This document shows, one piece after another, positions 27,246 to 41,467 of a DNA stretch of 64,000 bases. The position numbers and the translations under genes are program-made. Position 1 is the first letter of the stretch; each line of letters opens with the position of its first letter. The stretch is from Auanema rhodensis. Lineage: Eukaryota; Animalia; Nematoda. The stretch is from NCBI GenBank assembly GCA_964057225.1, contig OZ059897.1, forward strand, positions 4,836,001 to 4,900,000. The letters run 5' to 3'. The notes under the pieces are model-generated. The model did not search any database, was not told the origin of the DNA, and saw only the letters and a program-made list of their open reading frames with translations.

Positions 27246-30200
27246 ACGTGTACATTTAATTAGCATAAATTAAAGTTCACGTAAATTACAAAGTCATGGT
27301 TACCATGCACCAATATCAATAAAAATTTGTTTTTAGACTAATATGGACATGGGGAATCTAATTTTGAAAACCGCATCTCTTTATCTTTCACGTGAAGCGA
27401 GTTACATACCAAGTGCACATCACGTGTACATTTAATTAGCATAAATTAAAGTTCACGTAAATTTCAAAGTCATGGTTACCATGCACCAATATCAATAAAA
27501 ATTTGTTATTAGACTAATATGGACATGGGGAATCTAATTTTGAAAACCGCATCTCTTTATCTTTCACGTGAAGCGAGTTACATACCAAGTGCACATCACG
27601 TGCACATTTAATTAGCATAAATTAAAGTTCACGTAAATTTCAAAGTCATGGTTACCATGCACCAATATCAATAAAAATTTGTTTTTAGACTAATATGGAC
27701 ATGGGGAATCTAATTTTGAAAACCGCATCTCTTTATCTTTCACGTGAAGCAAGTTACGAACCAAGTGCACATCACGTGTACATTTAATTAGCATAAATTA
27801 AGGTTCACGTAAATTTCAAAGTCATGGTTACCATGCACCAATATCAATAAAAATTTGTTTTTAGACTAATATGGACATGGGGAATCTAATTTTGAAAACC
27901 GCATCTCTTTATCGTTCACGTGAAGCGAGTTACATACCGAGTGCACATCACGTGAACATTTAATTAGCATAAATTAAAGTTCACGTAAATTTCAAAGTCA
28001 TGGTTACCATGCACCAATATCAATAAAAATTTGTTTTTAGACTAATATGGACATGGGGAATCTAATTTTGAAAACCGCATCTCTTTATCTTTCACGTGAA
28101 GCGAGTTACATACCAAGTGCACATCACGTGTACATTTAATTAGCATAAATTAAAGTTCACGTAAATTTCAAACTCATGGTTACCATGCACCAATATCAAT
28201 AAAAATTTGTTTTTAGACTAATATGGACATGGGGAATCTAATTTTGAAAACCGCATCTCTGTATCTTTCACGTGAAGCAAGTTACATACCAAGTGCACAT
28301 CACGTGTACATTTAATTAGCATAAATTAAAGTTCACGTAAATTTCAAAGTCATGGTTACCATGCACCAATATCAATAAAAATTTGTTTTTAGACTAATAT
28401 GGACATGGGGAATCTAATTTTGAAAACCGCATCTCTTTATCTTTCACGTGAAGCGAGTTACATACCAAGTGCACATCACGTGTACATTTAATTAGCATAA
28501 ATTAAAGTTCACGTAAATTTCAAACTCATGGTTACCATGCACCAATATCAATAAAAATTTGTTTTTAGACTAATATGGACATGGGGAATCTAATTTTGAA
28601 AACCGCATCTCTGTATCTTTCACGTGAAGCAAGTTACATACCAAGTGCACATCACGTGTACATTTAATTAGCATAAATTAAAGTTCACGTAAATTTCAAA
28701 GTCATGGTTACCATGCACCAATATCAATAAAAATTTGTTTTTAGACTAATATGGACATGAGGAATCTAATTTTGAAAACCGCATCTCTTTATCTTTCACG
28801 TGAAGCGAGTTACATACCAAGTGCACATCACGTGTACATTTAATTAGCATAAATTAAAGTTCACGTAAATTTCAAAGTCATGGTTACCATACACCAATAT
28901 CAATAAAAATTTGTTTTTAGACTAATATGGACATGGGGAAACTAATTTTGAAAACCGCATCTCTTTATCTTTCACGTGAAGCAAGTCACATACCAAGTGC
29001 ACATCACGTGCACATTTAATTAGCATAAATTAAAGTTCACGTAAATTTCAAAGTCATGGTTACCATGCACCAATATCAATAAAAATTTGTTTTTAGTTTA
29101 ATATGGACATGAGGAATCTAATTTTGAAAACCGCATCTCTTTATCTTTCACGTGAAGCGAGTTACATACCAAGTGCACATCACGTGTACATTTAATTAGC
29201 ATAAATTAAAGTTCACGTAAATTTCAAAGTCATGGTTACCATACACCAATATCAATAAAAATTTGTTTTTAGACTAATATGGACATGGGGAAACTAATTT
29301 TGAAAACCGCATCTCTTTATCTTTCACGTGAAGCAAGTCACATACCAAGTGCACATCACGTGCACATTTAATTAGCATAAATTAAAGTTCACGTAAATTT
29401 CAAAGTCATGGTTACCATGCACCAATATCAATAAAAATTTGTTTTTAGACTAATATGGACATGGGGAATCTAATTTTGAAAACCGCATCTCTTTATCTTT
29501 CACGTGAAGTGAGTTACATACCAAGTGCACATCACGTGTACATTTAATTAGCATAAATTAAAGTTCACGTAAATTTCAAAGTCATGGTTACCATGCACCA
29601 ATATCAATAAAAATTTGATTTTAGACTAATATGGACATGGGGAATCTAATTTTGAAAACCGCATCTCTTTATCTTTCACGTGAAGCAAGTTACATACCAA
29701 GTGCACATCACGTGTACATTTAATTAGCATAAATTAAAGTTCACGTAAATTTCAAAGTCATGGTTACCATGCACCAATATCAATAAAAATTTGTTTTTAG
29801 ACTAATATGGACATGGGGAATCTAATTTTGAAAACCGCATCTCTTTATCTTTCACGTGAAGCAAGTTACATACCAAGTGCACATCACGTGTACATTTAAT
29901 TAGCATAAATTAAAGTTCACGTAAATTTCAAAGTCATGGTTACCATGCACCAATATCAATAAAAATTTGTTTTTAGACTAATATGGACATGAGGAATCTA
30001 ATTTTGAAAACCGCATCTCTTTATCTTTCACGTGAAGCGAGTTACATACCAAGTGCACATCACGTGTACATTTAATTAGCATAAATTAAAGTTCACGTAA
30101 ATTTCAAAGTCATGGTTACCATACACCAATATCAATAAAAATTTGTTTTTAGACTAATATGGACATGGGGAAACTAATTTTGAAAACCGCATCTCTTTAT

Positions 30201-33200
30201 CTTTCACGTGAAGCAAGTCACATACCAAGTGCACATCACGTGCACATTTAATTAGCATAAATTAAAGTTCACGTAAATTTCAAACTCATGGTTACCATGC
30301 ACCAATATCAATAAAAATTTGTTTTTAGACTAATATGGACATGGGGAATCTAATTTTGAAAACCGCATCTCTTTATCTTTCACGTGAAGCAAGTTACATA
30401 CCAAGTGCACAGCACGTGTACATTTAATTAGCATAAATTAAAGTTCACGTAAATTTCAAAGTCATGGTTACCATGCACCAATATCAATAAAAATTTGTTT
30501 TTAGACTAATATGGACATGAGGAATCTAATTTTGAAAACCGCATCTCTTTATCTTTCACGTGAAGCGAGTTACATACCAAGTGCACAGCACGTGTACATT
30601 TAATTAGCATAAATTAAAGTTCACGTAAATTTCAAAGTCATGGTTACCATGCACCAATATCAATAAAAATTTGTTTTTAGACTAATATGGACATGAGGAA
30701 TCTAATTTTGAAAACCGCATCTCTTTATCTTTCACGTGAAGCGAGTTACATACCAAGTGCACAGCACGTGTACATTTAATGAGCATAAATTAAAGTTCAC
30801 GTAAATTTCAAAGTCATGGTTACCATGCACCAATATCAATAAAAATTTGTTTTTAGACTAATATGGACATGGGGAATCTAATTTTGAAAACCGCATCTCT
30901 TTATCTTTCACGTGAAGCGAGTTACATACCAAGTGCACATCACGTGAACATTTAATTAGCATAAATTAAAGTTCACGTAAATTTCAAAGTCATGGTTACC
31001 ATGCACCAATATCAATAAAAATTTGTTTTTAGACTAATATGGACATGGGGAATCTAATTTTGAAAACCGCATCTCTTTATCTTTCACGTGAAGCGAGTTA
31101 CATACCAAGTGCACATCACGTGTACATTTAATTAGCATAAATTAAAGTTCACGTAAATTTCAAAGTCATGGTTACCATGCACCAATATCAATAAAAATTT
31201 GTTTTTAGACTAATATGGACATGGGGAATCTAATTTTGAAAACCGCATCTCTTTATCTTTCACGTGAAGTGAGTTACATACCAAGTGCACATCACGTGTA
31301 CATTTAATTAGCATAAATTAAAGTTCACGTAAATTTCAAAGTCATGGTTACCATGCGCCAATATCAATAAAAATTTGTTTTTAGACTAATATGGACATGG
31401 GGAATCTAATTTTGAAAACCGCATCTCTTTATCTTTCACGTGAAGCGAGTTACATACCAAGTGCACATCACGTGTACATTTAATTAGCATAAATTAAAGT
31501 TCACGTAAATTTCAAAGTCATGGTTACCATGCACCAATATCAATAAAAATTTGTTTTTAGACTAATATGGACATGGGGAATCTAATTTTGAAAACCGCAT
31601 CTCTTTATCTTTCACGTGAAGCGAGTTACATACCAAGGGCACATCACGTGTACATTTAATTAGCATAAATTAAAGTTCACGTAAATTTCAAAGTCATGGT
31701 TACCATGCACCAATATCAATAAAAATTTATTTTTAGACTAATATGGACATGAGGAATCTAATTTTGAAAACCGCATCTCTTCATCTTTCACGTGAAGTGA
31801 GTTACATACCAAATGCACAGCACGTGTACATTTAATTAGCATAAATTAAAGTTCACGTAAATTTCAAAGTCATGGTTACCATGCACTAATATCAATAAAA
31901 ATTTGTTTTTAGACTAATATGGACATGGGGAATCTAATTTTGAAAACCGCATCTCTTTATCTTTCACGTGAAGCAAGTTACATACCAAGTGCACATCACG
32001 TGCACATTTAATTAGCATAAATTAAAGTTCACGTAAATTTCAAACTCATGGTTACCATGCACCAATATCAATAAAAATTTGTTTTTAGACTAATATGGAC
32101 ATGGGGAATCTAATTTTGAAAACCGCATCTCTTTATCTTTCACGTGAAGCAAGTTACATACCAAGTGCACAGCACGTGTACATTTAATTAGCATAAATTA
32201 AAGTTCACGTAAATTTCAAAGTCATGGTTACCATGCACCAATATCAATAAAAATTTGTTTTTAGACTAATATGGACATGAGGAATCTAATTTTGAAAACC
32301 GCATCTCTTTATCTTTCACGTGAAGCGAGTTACATACCAAGTGCACAGCACGTGTACATTTAATTAGCATAAATTAAAGTTCACGTAAATTTCAAAGTCA
32401 TGGTTACCATGCACCAATATCAATAAAAATTTGTTTTTAGACTAATATGGACATGAGGAATCTAATTTTGAAAACCGCATCTCTTTATCTTTCACGTGAA
32501 GCGAGTTACATACCAAGTGCACAGCACGTGTACATTTAATGAGCATAAATTAAGGTTCACGTAAATTTCAAAGTCATGGTTACCATGCACCAATATCAAT
32601 AAAAATTTGTTTTTAGACTAATATGGACATGGGGAATCTAATTTTGAAAACCGCATCTCTTTATCTTTCACGTGAAGCGAGTTACATACCAAGTGCACAT
32701 CACGTGAACATTTAATTAGCATAAATTAAAGTTCACGTAAATTTCAAAGTCATGGTTACCATGCACCAATATCAATAAAAATTTGTTTTTAGACTAATAT
32801 GGACATGGGAAATCTAATTTTGAAAACCGCATCTCTTTATCTTTCACGTGAAGCGAGTTACATACCAAGTGCACATCACGTGTACATTTAATTAGCATAA
32901 ATTAAAGTTCACGTAAATTTCAAAGTCATGGTTACCATGCACCAATATCAATAAAAATTTGTTTTTAGACTAATATGGACATGGGGAATCTAATTTTGAA
33001 AACCGCATCTCTTTATCTTTCACGTGAAGTGAGTTACATACCAAGTGCACATCACGTGTACATTTAATTAGCATAAATTAAAGTTCACGTAAATTTCAAA
33101 GTCATGGTTACCATGCACCAATATCAATAAAAATTTGTTTTTAGACTAATATGGACATGGGGAATCTAATTTTGAAAACCGCATCTCTTTATCTTTCACG

Positions 33201-36200
33201 TGAAGCGAGTTACATACCAAGTGCACATCACGTGTACATTTAATTAGCATAAATTAAAGTTCACGTAAATTTCAAAGTCATGGTTACCATGCACCAATAT
33301 CAATAAAAATTTGTTTTTAGACTAATATGGACATGGGGAATCTAATTTTGAAAACCGCATCTCTTTATCTTTCACGTGAAGCGAGTTACATACCAAGTGC
33401 TCATCACGTGTACATTTAATTAGCATAAATTAAAGTTCACGTAAATTTCAAAGTCATGGTTACCATGCACCAATATCAATAAAAATTTATTTTTAGACTA
33501 ATATGGACATGAGGAATCTAATTTTGAAAACCGCATCTCTTCATCTTTCACGTGAAGTGAGTTACATACCAAATGCACAGCACGTGTACATTTAATTAGC
33601 ATAAATTAAAGTTCACGTAAATTTCAAAGTCATGGTTACCATGCACTAATATCAATAAAAATTTGTTTTTAGACTAATATGGACATGGGGAATCTAATTT
33701 TGAAAACCGCATCTCTTTATCTTTCACGTGAAGCAAGTTACATACCAAGTGCACATCACGTGCACATTTAATTAGCATAAATTAAAGTTCACGTAAATTT
33801 CAAAGTCATGGTTACCATGCACCAATATCAATAAAAATTTGTTTTTAGACTAATATGGACATGGGGAATCTAATTTTGAAAACCGCATCTCTTTATCTTT
33901 CACGTGAAGCAAGTTACGAACCAAGTGCACATCACGTGTACATTTAATGAGCATAAATTAAGGTTCACGTAAATTTCAAAGTCATGGTTACCATGCACCA
34001 ATATCAATAAAAATTTGTTTTTAGACTAATATGGACATGGGGAATCTAATTTTGAAAACCGCATCTCTTTATCTTTCACGTGAAGCGAGTTACATACCAA
34101 GTGCACATCACGTGAACATTTAATTAGCATAAATTAAAGTTCACGTAAATTTCAAAGTCATGGTTACCATGCACCAGTATCAATAAAAATTTGTTTTTAG
34201 ACTAATATGGACATGGGGAATCTAATTTTGAAAACCGCATCTCTTTATCTTTCACGTGAAGCGAGTTACATACCAAGTGCACATCACGTGTACATTTAAT
34301 TAGCATAAATTAAAGTTCACGTAAATTTCAAAGTCATGGTTACCATGCACCAATATCAATAAAAATTTGTTTTTAGACTAATATGGACATGGGGAATCTA
34401 ATTTTGGAAACCGCATCTCTTTATCTTTCACGTGAAGTGAGTTACATACCAAGTGCACATCACGTGTACATTTAATTAGCATAAATTAAAGTTCACGTAA
34501 ATTTCAAAGTCATGGTTACCATGCACAAATATCAATAAAAATTTGTTTTTAGACTAATATGGACATGGGGAATCTAATTTTGAAAACCGCATCTCTTTAT
34601 CTTTCACGTGAAGCGAGTTACATACCAAGTGCACATCACGTGAACATTTAATTAGCATAAATTAAAGTTCACGTAAATTTCAAAGTCATGGTTACCATGC
34701 ACCAATATCAATAAAAATTTGTTTTTAGACTAATATGGACATGGGAAATCTAATTTTGAAAACCGCATCTCTTTATCTTTCACGTGAAGCGAGTTACATA
34801 CCAAGTGCACATCACGTGTACATTTAATTAGCATAAATTAAAGTTCACGTAAATTTCAAAGTCATGGTTACCATGCACCAATATCAATAAAAATTTGTTT
34901 TTAGACTAATATGGACATGGGGAATCTAATTTTGAAAACCGCATCTCTTTATCTTTCACGTGAAGTGAGTTACATACCAAGTGCACATCACGTGTACATT
35001 TAATTAGCATAAATTAAAGTTCACGTAAATTTCAAAGTCATGGTTACCATGCACCAATATCAATAAAAATTTGTTTTTAGACTAATATGGACATGGGGAA
35101 TCTAATTTTGAAAACCGCATCTCTTTATCTTTCACGTGAAGCGAGTTACATACCAAGTGCACATCACGTGTACATTTAATTAGCATAAATTAAAGTTCAC
35201 GTAAATTTCAAAGTCATGGTTACCATGCACCAATATCAATAAAAATTTGTTTTTAGACTAATATGGACATGGGGAATCTAATTTTGAAAACCGCATCTCT
35301 TTATCTTTCACGTGAAGCAAGTTACATACCAAGTGCACATCACGTGCACATTTAATTAGCATAAATTAAAGTTCACGTAAATTTCAAAGTCATGGTTACC
35401 ATGCACCAATATCAATAAAAATTTGTTTTTAGACTAATATGGACATGGGGAATCTAATTTTGAAAACCGCATCTCTTTATCTTTCACGTGAAGCAAGTTA
35501 CGAACCAAGTGCACATCACGTGTACATTTAATGAGCATAAATTAAGGTTCACGTAAATTTCAAAGTCATGGTTACCATGCACCAATATCAATAAAAATTT
35601 GTTTTTAGACTAATATGGACATGAGGAATCTAATTTTGAAAACCGCATCTCTTCATCTTTCACGTGAAGTGAGTTACATACCAAATGCACAGCACGTGTA
35701 CATTTAATTAGCATAAATTAAAGTTCACGTAAATTTCAAAGTCATGGTTACCATGCACCAATATCAATAAAAATTTGTTTTTAGACTAATATGGACATGA
35801 GGAATCTAATTTTGAAAACCGCATCTCTTTATCTTTCACGTGAAGCGAGTTACATACCAAGTGCACAGCACGTGTACATTTAATGAGCATAAATTAAAGT
35901 TCACGTAAATTTCAAAGTCATGGTTACCATGCACCAATATCAATAAAAATTTGTTTTTAGACTAATATGGACATGGGGAATCTAATTTTGAAAACCGCAT
36001 CTCTTTATCTTTCACGTGAAGCGAGTTACATACCAAGTGCACATCACGTGAACATTTAATTAGCATAAATTAAAGTTCACGTAAATTTCAAAGTCATGGT
36101 TACCATGCACCAATATCAATAAAAATTTGTTTTTAGACTAATATGGACATGGGGAATCTAATTTTGAAAACCGCATCTCTTTATCTTTCACGTGAAGCGA

Positions 36201-39200
36201 GTTACATACCAAGTGCACATCACGTGTACATTTAATTAGCATAAATTAAAGTTCACGTAAATTTCAAAGTCATGGTTACCATGCACCAATATCAATAAAA
36301 ATTTGTTTTTAGACTAATATGGACATGGGGAATCTAATTTTGAAAACCGCATCTCTTTATCTTTCACGTGAAGTGAGTTACATACCAAGTGCACATCACG
36401 TGTACATTTAATTAGCATAAATTAAAGTTCACGTAAATTTCAAAGTCATGGTTACCATGCGCCAATATCAATAAAAATTTGTTTTTAGACTAATATGGAC
36501 ATGGGGAATCTAATTTTGAAAACCGCATCTCTTTATCTTTCACGTGAAGCGAGTTACATACCAAGTGCACATCACGTGTACATTTAATTAGCATAAATTA
36601 AAGTTCACGTAAATTTCAAAGTCATGGTTACCATGCACCAATATCAATAAAAATTTGTTTTTAGACTAATATGGACATGGGGAATCTAATTTTGAAAACC
36701 GCATCTCTTTATCTTTCACGTGAAGCGAGTTACATACCAAGGGCACATCACGTGTACATTTAATTAGCATAAATTAAAGTTCACGTAAATTTCAAAGTCA
36801 TGGTTACCATGCACCAATATCAATAAAAATTTATTTTTAGACTAATATGGACATGAGGAATCTAATTTTGAAAACCGCATCTCTTCATCTTTCACGTGAA
36901 GTGAGTTACATACCAAATGCACAGCACGTGTACATTTAATTAGCATAAATTAAAGTTCACGTAAATTTCAAAGTCATGGTTACCATGCACTAATATCAAT
37001 AAAAATTTGTTTTTAGACTAATATGGACATGGGGAATCTAATTTTGAAAACCGCATCTCTTTATCTTTCACGTGAAGCAAGTTACATACCAAGTGCACAT
37101 CACGTGCACATTTAATTAGCATAAATTAAAGTTCACGTAAATTTCAAACTCATGGTTACCATGCACCAATATCAATAAAAATTTGTTTTTAGACTAATAT
37201 GGACATGAGGAATCTAATTTTGAAAACCGCATCTCTTTATCTTTCACGTGAAGCAAGTTACATACCAAGTGCACAGCACGTGTACATTTAATTAGCATAA
37301 ATTAAAGTTCACGTAAATTTCAAAGTCATGGTTACCATGCACCAATATCAATAAAAATTTGTTTTTAGACTAATATGGACATGAGGAATCTAATTTTGAA
37401 AACCGCATCTCTTTATCTTTCACGTGAAGCGAGTTACATACCAAGTGCACAGCACGTGTACATTTAATTAGCATAAATTAAAGTTCACGTAAATTTCAAA
37501 GTCATGGTTACCATGCACCAATATCAATAAAAATTTGTTTTTAGACTAATATGGACATGAGGAATCTAATTTTGAAAACCGCATCTCTTTATCTTTCACG
37601 TGAAGCGAGTTACATACCAAGTGCACAGCACGTGTACATTTAATGAGCATAAATTAAGGTTCACGTAAATTTCAAAGTCATGGTTACCATGCACCAATAT
37701 CAATAAAAATTTGTTTTTAGACTAATATGGACATGGGGAATCTAATTTTGAAAACCGCATCTCTTTATCTTTCACGTGAAGCGAGTTACATACCAAGTGC
37801 ACATCACGTGAACATTTAATTAGCATAAATTAAAGTTCACGTAAATTTCAAAGTCATGGTTACCATGCACCAATATCAATAAAAATTTGTTTTTAGACTA
37901 ATATGGACATGGGAAATCTAATTTTGAAAACCGCATCTCTTTATCTTTCACGTGAAGCGAGTTACATACCAAGTGCACATCACGTGTACATTTAATTAGC
38001 ATAAATTAAAGTTCACGTAAATTTCAAAGTCATGGTTACCATGCACCAATATCAATAAAAATTTGTTTTTAGACTAATATGGACATGGGGAATCTAATTT
38101 TGAAAACCGCATCTCTTTATCTTTCACGTGAAGTGAGTTACATACCAAGTGCACATCACGTGTACATTTAATTAGCATAAATTAAAGTTCACGTAAATTT
38201 CAAAGTCATGGTTACCATGCACCAATATCAATAAAAATTTGTTTTTAGACTAATATGGACATGGGGAATCTAATTTTGAAAACCGCATCTCTTTATCTTT
38301 CACGTGAAGCGAGTTACATACCAAGTGCTCATCACGTGTACATTTAATTAGCATAAATTAAAGTTCACGTAAATTTCAAAGTCATGGTTACCATGCACCA
38401 ATATCAATAAAAATTTATTTTTAGACTAATATGGACATGAGGAATCTAATTTTGAAAACCGCATCTCTTCATCTTTCACGTGAAGTGAGTTACATACCAA
38501 ATGCACAGCACGTGTACATTTAATTAGCATAAATTAAAGTTCACGTAAATTTCAAAGTCATGGTTACCATGCACTAATATCAATAAAAATTTGTTTTTAG
38601 ACTAATATGGACATGGGGAATCTAATTTTGAAAACCGCATCTCTTTATCTTTCACGTGAAGCAAGTTACATACCAAGTGCACATCACGTGCACATTTAAT
38701 TAGCATAAATTAAAGTTCACGTAAATTTCAAAGTCATGGTTACCATGCACCAATATCAATAAAAATTTGTTTTTAGACTAATATGGACATGGGGAATCTA
38801 ATTTTGAAAACCGCATCTCTTTATCTTTCACGTGAAGCAAGTTACGAACCAAGTGCACATCACGTGTACATTTAATGAGCATAAATTAAGGTTCACGTAA
38901 ATTTCAAAGTCATGGTTACCATGCACCAATATCAATAAAAATTTGTTTTTAGACTAATATGGACATGGGGAATCTAATTTTGAAAACCGCATCTCTTTAT
39001 CTTTCACGTGAAGCGAGTTACATACCAAGTGCACATCACGTGAACATTTAATTAGCATAAATTAAAGTTCACGTAAATTTCAAAGTCATGGTTACCATGC
39101 ACCAGTATCAATAAAAATTTGTTTTTAGACTAATATGGACATGGGGAATCTAATTTTGGAAACCGCATCTCTTTATCTTTCACGTGAAGTGAGTTACATA

Positions 39201-41325
39201 CCAAGTGCACATCACGTGTACATTTAATTAGCATAAATTAAAGTTCACGTAAATTTCAAAGTCATGGTTACCATGCACAAATATCAATAAAAATTTGTTT
39301 TTAGACTAATATGGACATGGGGAATCTAATTTTGAAAACCGCATCTCTTTATCTTTCACGTGAAGCGAGTTACATACCAAGTGCACAGCACGTGTACATT
39401 TAATTAGCATAAATTAAAGTTCACGTAAATTTCAAAGTCATGGTTACCATGCACCAATATCAATAAAAATTTGTTTTTAGACTAATATGGACATGGGGAA
39501 TCTAATTTTGAAAACCGCATCTCTTTATCTTTCACGTGAAGCGAGTTACATACCAAGTGCACATCACGTGTACATTTAATTAGCATAAATTAAAGTTCAC
39601 GTAAATTTCAAAGTCATGGTTACCATGCACCAATATCAATAAAAATTTGTTTTTAGACTAATATGGACATGGGGAAACTAATTTTGAAAACCGCATCTCT
39701 TTATCTTTCACGTGAAGCAAGTCACATACCAAGTGCACATCACGTGCACATTTAATTAGCATAAATTAAAGTTCACGTAAATTTCAAACTCATGGTTACC
39801 ATGCACCAATATCAATAAAAATTTGTTTTTAGACTAATATGGACATGGGGAATCTAATTTTGAAAACCGCATCTCTTTATCTTTCACGTGAAGTGAGTTA
39901 CATACCAAGTGCACATCACGTGTACATTTAATTAGCATAAATTAAAGTTCACGTAAATTTCAAAGTCATGGTTACCATGCACCAATAACAATAAAAATTT
40001 GTTTTTAGACTAATATGGACATGGGGAATCTAATTTTGAAAACCGCATCTCTTTATCTTTCACGTGAAGCGAGTTACATACCAAGTGCACATCACGTGTA
40101 CATTTAATTAGCATAAATTAAAGTTCACGTAAATTTCAAAGTCATGGTTACCATGCACCAATATCAATAAAAATTTGTTTTTAGACTAATATGGACATGG
40201 GGAATCTAATTTTGAAAACCGCATCTCTTTATCTTTCACGTGAAGCGAGTTACATACCAAGTGCACATCACGTGAACATTTAATTAGCATAAATTAAAGT
40301 TCACGTAAATTTCAAAGTCATGGTTACCATGCACCAATATCAATAAAAATTTGTTTTTAGACTAATATGGACATGGGGAATCTAATTTTGAAAACCGCAT
40401 CTCTTTATCTTTCACGTGAAGCGAGTTACATACCAAGTGCACATCACGTGTACATTTAATTAGCATAAATTAAAGTTCACGTAAATTTCAAAGTCATGGT
40501 TACCATGCACCAATATCAATAAAAATTTGTTTTTAGACTAATATGGACATGGGGAAACTAATTTTGAAAACCGCATCTCTTTATCTTTCACGTGAAGCAA
40601 GTCACATACCAAGTGCACATCACGTGCACATTTAATTAGCATAAATTAAAGTTCACGTAAATTTCAAACTCATGGTTACCATGCACCAATATCAATAAAA
40701 ATTTGTTTTTAGACTAATATGGACATGGGGAATCTAATTTTGAAAACCGCATCTCTTTATCTTTCACGTGAAGTGAGTTACATACCAAGTGCACATCACG
40801 TGTACATTTAATTAGCATAAATTAAAGTTCACGTAAATTTCAAAGTCATGGTTACCATGCACCAATAACAATAAAAATTTGTTTTTAGACTAATATGGAC
40901 ATGGGGAATCTAATTTTGAAAACCGCATCTCTTTATCTTTCACGTGAAGCGAGTTACATACCAAGTGCACATCACGTGTACATTTAATTAGCATAAATTA
41001 AAGTTCACGTAAATTTCAAAGTCATGGTTACCATGCACCAATATCAATAAAAATTTGTTTTTAGACTAATATGGACATGGGGAATCGAATTTTGAAAACC
41101 GCATCTCTTTATCTTTCACGTGAAGCGAGTTACATACCAAGTGCACATCACGTGTACATTTAATTAGCATAAATTAAAGTTCACGTAAATTTCAAAGTCA
41201 TGGTTACCATGCACCAATATCAATAAAAATTTGTTTTTAGACTAATATGGACATGGGGAATCTAATTTTGAAAACCGCATCTCTTTATCTTTCACGTGAA
41301 GTGAGTTACATACCAAGTGCACATC

Positions 41326-41467
41326 ACGTGTACATTTAATTAGCATAAATTAAAGTTCATATCAATAAAAATTTGTTTTTAGACTAATATGGACATGGGG
41401 AATCTAATTTTGAAAACCGCATCTCTTTATCTTTCACGTGAAGCGAGTTACATACCAAGTGCACAGC
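41326..41467. repeat. 142-bp deletion monomer, copy 2
   Basis: Same junction at 41359/41360. Confidence 0.97.
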
